From the human T2T-CHM13v2.0 reference genome, Homo sapiens, in NCBI RefSeq assembly GCF_009914755.1, contig NC_060939.1: a DNA stretch of 64,000 bases; one strand, 5' to 3'. Both the position numbers and the translations under genes were made by a program. Positions 55,859-64,000 of the stretch are shown here, piece after piece. Numbering within the stretch: the first letter of the stretch is position 1; the number at the start of each line of letters is the position of its first letter. The notes under the pieces were generated by a model, which did not search any database, was not told the DNA's origin, and saw only the letters and a program-made list of their open reading frames with translations.

Positions 55859-57986
55859 CTAGAACTGAAAAATGTAACAGAAAGAAAAAATTCATTGGAT
55901 TAGCTTACAAATAAACACTGCAGAACAAAGTGGCCCTTCAAGATCACTTTCAGGCGAAATAGGAAGCATCATAATTGAAACAAAAAAGGTTGAAAAAGAA
56001 ATGAACAGAGTCTCAGTGACATGTGGAAAAACAGGCCAATATACATATACTTGGACTCCCAAAAGTAGAAGAGAATCATGAGGGCAGAAAAATTTTTGAA
56101 AAAAATAATTTACTTCAAATAAATATTATTTTTCACTTAAATTTAATAAAAAATATAAATCAACACAAACAAGAAGTTCAACAAACCCAAATGGTAAAAC
56201 TGCAAAGAAAACCACACCTATCTATATCACAGCCAAATAGGTAAAAGTAACAAAGATAAAAAGACAATCGTAAAAGCAGCCAAAGAAAAGCGTACATTGC
56301 CTACAGGGAACAAGGATAGAAATGTTTATTGACTTCCCATCATAAATAGTGCAGATCAGAATACAACTGAATAACACCTTTAAAATGCTAAAATAAAACT
56401 ACCACTATGTACCCAGAAAATTTTAAAATTAAAATTTTACAAATAAATAAAATAAAACTACCTGTCAACCTAGAATGTTATATTCAGAAAAATATATTTT
56501 AAAAATAAAAGTGAAAGTAAAAGTAAGAGAATTAATCAGCAGCAGACCTATACTGCAATTAAAGGAAGTCTTTGGGCTAATGGAAAATTATACCAGATGG
56601 AAACGAGGATCTGTGTAAAGATATGCAAAGCAAAACACTGTGTCTACAATGTGGGTAAAATATATAATATCTTTTAATTTCTTAATGTGTTTAAAATATA
56701 ATTGTTGAAAAATAATAACAATGCATTATGGGTTTGTAATACAGAGGTTAAATTGACAGTAATAGCACAAATAATGGGATGGGGAAAGTGGGAGTATACT
56801 ATTGCAAACTTATTACATTATAAGTGACATAATAGTAATACATGGTAGATTGTAATAGGTTTGGGAAGCCTATTGTAATTCCTAGAGCAACCATGTAAAA
56901 GGTTAAAAAAATAAGCCCAAAACAGGAAGTAAAATGGAATACTCAAACACAGTCATGTAATCAAAAAGAAGTCAGAAGAGAATAACAAAAGGAAAACATA
57001 TGGGAAGAATAGAAAACCAATAGCAAAATAGTAGACTTAAAACCAATCATGTCAATAATTTATTATAGAATACCTGACTAGATGAAAAATCAAGATCAAA
57101 CTGTGTGTATTAAAAGATGGAAAATATTATACCATGCAAGAACCAATCATAAGTGGCTTTATAAATAACAAAGTAGTCCTTAAAACAAGAACCAGAGATA
57201 AGAAGAGACCCCTCCTAATGATAAAGGGATCAATTCAGGGAGAAGACATCACAGTCCCAAATATACAGAACTTCAAGATACCTGAAGCACAAACTGACAG
57301 AACTGAAGGGTAAAAATATACCAATGGGAAGTCATGGTGACAGGTTTTAACATGGCCCTCTTAGTAGTCAATAAAACAAGTAGACAAAAATCAGTAAGAA
57401 TAAAAATTTGAGCAACATCAAGTAACTTAGCCTAACTGATATTTATAGAGCACTGCACCCACCGAATAGCAGAACACACATTCTTCACAAGTCAATGTGC
57501 AAAGAATCCACTGAAATAGATTGTATGCTGAGACATGGCTCAATAAATTTAAGAGGACTGGAATCATACAGGAATGGGCTCCGACCACAATGAATTTAAA
57601 CTAGAAAACAGTAATAAGATATATGAAAAATCATCACATACTTGGAAATTAAGCCAAACACTTCTAAATAACCCATGAGTCAAAGAAAAAATCATGAAGA
57701 AAATTAGAAAATATTTTAAAGTGATAGTTAAAACACATGAATTGAAAACTTGTAGGATATAGATTAAGCACTGCTGAGAGGTAAATTCGTTCCTCTAAAT
57801 GCTTCTATCTGGAGGGAAAAAATATGTAAAACTAGTGATGTGAACTTCCTCCTTAAGAAAGTAAGTAAAAAAGAGTAATTTGAAACCAACATAAGTAAAA
57901 TGATGGAAAAAAAGAAAAGAGTAGAAGAAGCCAATGAAATAGAAAATAAACAAACTAGAAAGCAAATAAATGTAAACAAATATTAG

Positions 57987-58407
<421 letters not shown>

Positions 58408-58829
58408 AGATCAATTTCTTAAAAGATATAAAGGGGATACAGATAATCTGAGTAGCCCTTGGCTGAAGAAATTAAATTAATAATTAGTCAATTATTCCTA
58501 CAATAAAAGTTCAGTCTCAGGTGTTTTCTCAAGTTAATCAAAAATTTAAAGCATAAGTAATACCAATCATACACATATTTTTGAGTAGAAGGATTGAAAT
58601 AGAGGATTGAAAATTTCCCAGATCTTTGTATGAGGTTAGCATAACTCTGATATCAAAACATGACTTTTATAAGAAAAGCAAAAACATAAAGAATTCCAAT
58701 TAATTTTTTAAAAATCAAATCCAGAATTATATGAAAACGTTAATACTTCATGATTAAGAGGATTTCATACAAGGAATGCAAGGTTAGTTCTACATTTGAA
58801 ACTCAAAATTAATATGATATAACTCTTTT

Positions 58830-59200
58830 TTTTCTTTCAATTGTCTGTCATTGTTCTCAGCAATGTTTCATGATTTTCACTGTGGAGATCTTGCACATCT
58901 TTCCTTAGATTTATTGTTAAGTGTCCTAGTGTTTTTGATGCTACTGTAAGTTAGACTGATTTTTTTTTTAATTTCTGATTTCCAGTTGGTCATTACTAAT
59001 ATTTAGAAATACAATTGATTTTTGTATATTGGCCTTATAGCCAATATAAAATTAACCTTGCTAAATCCCTTTACTAGCGCTAATATTTTATTTAGATTTC
59101 ATAAGGTTTTCTGTGAAGATAATCACCTGCTAATAGAATCAGTTTTATTTATTCTTTTTAAATCTCATCCCTTTTATTTTTTTTCTTGCCTTTTGTGCTA
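58830..59200 (-). mobile_element. L1M ORF2 (RT region) segment in antisense orientation
   Basis: Reverse complement 'aggcaagaaaaaaaataaaagggatgagattt...aaaactgattctattagcaggtgattatcttcacagaaaacc' corresponds to the IRQEKEIKGI...KLSLFADDMI region. Confidence 0.8.
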
Positions 59201-59226
59201 GAAATAAATAACGAAAGAGCTGGCTG

Positions 59227-59755
59227 GAACAATCCCATTACTGGGTATATATCCAAAATAAAACAAATCATTCTACCAAAATCATACATGCACTGTGTGT
59301 TCATCACAGCACTATTCACCATAGGAAAGACATGGAATCAACCTAGGTGCCCATCAACAAAGGATTGAATAAGGAAAATGTGGTACATATGCACCACAGA
59401 ATACGCAGCCATAAAAAACAATGAAATCACGTCCTTTGCAGCAACATGGATGCAGCTGGAGGCCATTATCCTAAGCAAATTAATGCAGGAACAGAAAACC
59501 AAATACCACATGTTCTCACTTATAAGTGGGAGCTAAACATCGGGTACTCATGGACATAAAGATGGCAACGATAGACACTGGGGACTACTTGGGGGCAGGG
59601 GGCAAGGGTTAAAGAACTATTGAGTACTATGTTTCGTACCTGGCTAACAGGATCAATCATATCCGAAGCCTCAGCATCCCACAATATAGCCAGGTAAAAA
59701 ACCTGCACACAGATTCCCTGAATCTAAAATAAAATTTGAAAAAAAAAAAAAAAAA
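59227..59755 (+). mobile_element. 5'-truncated L1 3' fragment (old L1PA, L1PA15-17-like)
   Basis: 'gcaacatggatgcagctggaggccattatcctaagc...gttctcacttataagtgggagctaaac', AATAAA plus poly(A); 13-bp TSD aaagagctggctg at 59214-59226 and 59756-59768. Confidence 0.92.
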
Positions 59756-59984
59756 AAAGAGCTGGCTGAAAGCTTTCAAACTTACAGTTACAGCTGCCCC
59801 TAAAATTTAACTCCCAGGTTCCTGGCAACCAAAATGACAGGGAAGTATTCGGTGATAACTACATTTTTCTCACTGTCTTTAAGCAGTAACATATGAATTC
59901 CTCAAAGAAAGCAAAGATTTTCCACGCACTTAACCAGTGGTTTGACTTCATATTTACAAATCTCACTGATCCACAAATATGTTA

Positions 59985-61527
59985 TTCAAGTCTCTCTCTC
60001 AATTTTTCTTTTTTTTTTTTTTTTTCGGCATTGTCCTACAGTTTCTGAGGCTTTAATTTTTTTTTTGTTTTTCCAATCTTTTTTTTTCCCTTCTGTTGTT
60101 CAAATTGGATTATTTCTACTGATCTATCATCCAGTTGACTGGCTCTTTTTTTCCATCACATCTATTCTGCCATTGAGCCAGCTAGTGAATTTTTTTTATT
60201 GTGGCTATTATATTTTTCCATTTTTAATTTCCATTTGGTTCTTTCTTACATCTTTTCTCTGTCAAGACTTTCTTTCTATTAATATCAAGAATGCTTGACC
60301 ACATTTCTTAAAGCATGGTTTTAATAGCTGCTTTAAAGTCTCTGATCTTTCCAATATCTATGTCTTCTTAGGATTGGTATCCGTTGATTATCTTTTCTTT
60401 TGAATGTTGAATTTTTCCTGGTTCTTCAAATGCTGAGTAAGTTTGGATTATATCCTGGACATTTTGAATATTGTGTTATAGAGCCTAGGTCTTGTTTAAA
60501 TCCTAAAGAGAATGTGGATTTTTGTTCATTTTAGTAGGCAATCAACTAGGTTAGGTTCTGGCTGCAAATTCTAACCTGCCTTCTGTGGGCTATGGTACAA
60601 CATCAGTTCATATTTCGACATCTTGGCTGTGCTCCTTAGATCTACACTGCATGTCTGCCGGAGTAGCCTGTGTGGGACCTCCGTGATGACTGACCCTGTA
60701 GCTCAGTTCTCAAAGCCTGTGGTACAATGTATACGGTCAGATTCATGCATGCACAGTTTGAAAATGAACCCAGGAATGCACATGCAATCTTATGGACCCA
60801 CTCCCTTGGCCTCCCTTCTCTCCATGATCTCCCCAACACTTTCTGGCTCTCTGGGGCTTCTCTTCCCAGTCCTCCAGCCAGAAAGCTGAGGCTTTGTTTT
60901 TCCCACTCTGCTGAGAACTTAACCACCATGTGTCTGAGTGCAGGGCCAAGCAGTGGCAGCACAGAGAAAGAATAAAAGGAATGGAAAGTCACCCCACACT
61001 CTTGGGACAGTGGGTGTTTTTGTCAGAGCAAAGGGTGCCTCCGTTAGACTTTCAGGCACTGTCAGTCACCACTGCTGTCTCTGTGCTGTGCTGGAGAATA
61101 TTGCCTAGGGACAGGTCATGGAAGAAGGCAGAGGGTGGGGGTAAAGAATTTTCCCACTCTCTCAGATTGGAAGGAGACCTTTTCTTGCTCTTTAGACCAA
61201 AAAGAGAGGAATTCTCTTAGAATTTTTGCTTCCACACCTAGTGTGCTTTTCTGGGTTTGAGGCTGCCTTTGAGTCCAAACTAGATAATATGAGAGGAAAA
61301 CGAAAAGGGAAACTTCCTCCCCACCAGTTTAGTGGAACTTCAAATTCTAGTCTCCTTCCCAATCTGCCTGCTGCCATTTACTTTTCAGTCTTCAGATAGC
61401 TGCTTCGTGCATTCTGTGCAGGATTTCTCCTTCCTTTTAGTTGCAGAGACAGGGTAACGGTGTTTACTTATCCTTCCCCAGAGCCAGGGTAACGGTGTTT
61501 ACTTATCCTTCCCCAGAGCCAGAACCC
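59985..61527 (-). mobile_element. Old L1M 5' region (5'UTR and start of ORF1), antisense
   Basis: T-rich antisense ORF1 motifs 'ctattctgccattgagccagctagtgaatttt...aatttccatttggttcttt', 'ttggattatatcctggacattttgaatatt'. Confidence 0.75.
61450..61519 (+). repeat. Perfect 35-bp tandem duplication
   Basis: cagggtaacggtgtttacttatccttccccagagc x2. Confidence 0.97.
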
Positions 61528-61844
61528 TCAGATTTCATTTTCTAATAAAAAATTCTACATCAAATGGTTGTAAAGCATGTTGACATGTAAATGTGTTATA
61601 CCCCCAAATTTTAACATAAAGAAAAACACCAGTGTGTTCATTGGAGCTGCCAGGTAACTTCATTTTTATTCGGCCCTTGGAATAAAGCTTCTGCTGCATT
61701 TTTTTTTTAATTGAAGAGTATTCTGAGATTGTAAAGTAAGCTGTTAGAAAGCTTACAACTTGCAATTACTGACCTATAGAAATCTGGCTTTTCTTGATAT
61801 TGTACAAACTAAGTTTTTTGGTTTTTTTTTTTAACAGAAATAAA

Positions 61845-62123
61845 GGCCGGGTACAGTAGGGCTTGCCTGTAATCCCAGCACTTTGGGAGGCTGATACAGG
61901 AGGATGGCTTGAGCCCAGGAGCTCAAGACTGGATTGGGCAACATAGCAAGACCTCATCTGTATAAAAAAATCATAAAATTAGCCAGGCATGGTGGCACAT
62001 GCCTGTAGTCCCAGCTAATTCGGAGGCTAAGGTGAGAAGATCCCTTGAGCCCAGGAGGTCGAGGCTACAGTGAACTATCATTCTACCATTGCACTCCAGC
62101 CTGGGTGAGACAGCAGGATTCTG
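61845..62123 (+). mobile_element. Alu (AluJ-like)
   Basis: Full dimer with J-type 'cttgagcccaggag' in both arms. Confidence 0.95.
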
Positions 62124-62232
62124 AAAAGAAAGAAAGGAAGGAAGGAAGGAAGGAAGGAAGGAAGGAAGGAAGGAAGGAAGGAAGGAAGGAAGGAAGGAGC
62201 AAGAAAGGAGAGGAAAGGAAAGGAAAGGAATG
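62124..62232. repeat. (GGAA)n/(GAAAG)n purine microsatellite derived from the Alu tail
   Basis: About 15 consecutive GGAA units. Confidence 0.95.
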
Positions 62233-64000
62233 AAAAGTATGATGCTGAAGCTTATAAAAAATTTCAACTGTCTTCAGTCACTGGCAGTTTCACATTCTGT
62301 GTTCCTCGACACTTCCCTGTTTCATTGATTCAATGTACAGTATAAGTATTGAACTCATAAAATACATTTTGATATTAAAAGACCTACCAATCTATCTGTT
62401 AAATATGTTGTTTTCGTATGAGATTTTGACAATGGGTTTCTGCAACCAAATAAAAATAAAATGTTTGGAAAGCCATGGCCCCAGAATGGAACACAGTCTT
62501 GTTCAGCCTGGAAGTATTCCTTGCCCGACCACACAAGCACGCACAATCCCTCACACAAACACAGATATACATAAACAGCATCAAGATTTATGTAAAGAAA
62601 ACACATATTTGCCAATCACTGACTCTGTCTTTAAAAATCACCCCTCCGAATTGAAACCAAGTAGCTCTAAGTGTTTTCTCAAACTGAATGCACCAATCAT
62701 TGCTTTCAGCCAGGTCCTTGGCTCAACAAACACACACCGGGGAGGATTCAGGGTTCACAGGAATGACAGTGTTGTAAACAAACTACCTTCAAACCTAGGT
62801 GAATAGGTCTATACAAGATTAATCATGTGCTTCCTTCAGTAACTCCTAATGTAGGAACTTTCCTGTGGTGGGAAGAAAAATGACAGTCAAGCCATATTAC
62901 CAAGAAATGACATGAGACATGGATGTTGTGCTTGACACAGATGAAGGTCATGGAATTGGATTTCCTTAATGCATCTCAGTTCAGGTTGTTTCCCCATCTC
63001 TGTCTAAATGCTGGGTCATGTGCTCTGGAAACACTCTCCTGTGGATTTAGACTTGAAATATGCCCAGTAACTCTCAGAAGGACAGGGTCAAATATCTGGG
63101 AGGTAAATGCAGGCTCTTTCTTCATGTGTCACATAGCCACGTCCTCTCTGCTGGAAAATAAACAGGTTGACTATCACACTGTCCACCGGTGTGAAGTACG
63201 AACACACAGGGAGCATTTATCTTCCCAATCAACCTTTATCCAGGACGAAGCCCTGTTCTTGCCTTGCATCAAAGTCACCTACTTACACACACGTTTCTTC
63301 AAGAGTCAGAGCCTTGTGCCTAAGAGGGGCAAAGTGAGCTAACTCTGGAAGAAAAAAACCGGAAAGTTAACTTGCAGGGTACTCTGTTAGCATTTCCTGA
63401 AGACTGACAGACACGTGTTCTTTGCTTTGCTTCCTTTCTCTGAGAGCACACAATCTCTAACAGCATTAACGGAGCTGATTACAAGCAGTAAGTGCTGAAA
63501 ACAGACCCCTTTATATGCTACCCTGCAGGTGAAAATTCACATTGGTCAGGCTGCAGATCACAAAAACGCTATATGTTTGGGAAGAATCAAATTGTTCAAC
63601 ACCTTCCTCTCCCTGTCTGTGAGAACAACATGTTTGTTAGATTATTTCTCTAATAATCCTCTTCAAGGAACTTGACACTAACATTTATAGAGCATTGGCC
63701 ATAAAATAACTTAAGTTAGAGAAAATCCCTATGTGCCTGGATGTAGGAAATGGTTTGGGGGCTGTTTGGCAGAACAGTGCTGCTGGGTGGTAGGGAGGAG
63801 GCTGGGAGTGCCTGGGAGTCTGTGGTACAGGAGATACCAAGGCCAGGGAATTCTGTAACTTCAAGTAAGGCCCAGTTCATCATCCTAACTACCCCATTTC
63901 AGGAGAGTTTCTTCATACTGTTTGTTCAAGAACTCTGTCTAGTGAACAAATCTATTGAGCATTTGCCCATTGAACACTCAGTTCAACTATGTAACGGGAA

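Overview
This window is primate (human-like) non-coding genomic DNA, either intronic or intergenic. It is CpG-depleted and dense in interspersed repeats: about 17 Alu copies or fragments (many with target-site duplications, TSDs), a near full-length Tigger1 transposon fossil, old L1M elements, an L1PA-type 3' fragment, L2 and MIR relics, MaLR/ERVL solo LTRs and several DNA-transposon MITEs. I find no credible protein-coding gene, RNA gene, CRISPR array or prokaryotic-type system, and I cannot identify the locus. The long ORFs are repeat-derived or chance. I see no support for a novel multi-component biological system. The signals worth a second look are modest: several short non-tandem 'doublet' duplications of unique sequence about 1-1.6 kb apart (182, 33 and 31 bp), a perfect 35-bp tandem duplication, nested TE insertions, a trimeric Alu, a few well-formed candidate exons, and TE-free CpG- or motif-rich enhancer-like patches. 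Repeat subfamily names come from my recollection of consensus sequences and need RepeatMasker/Dfam confirmation. Boundaries of old repeats are approximate.
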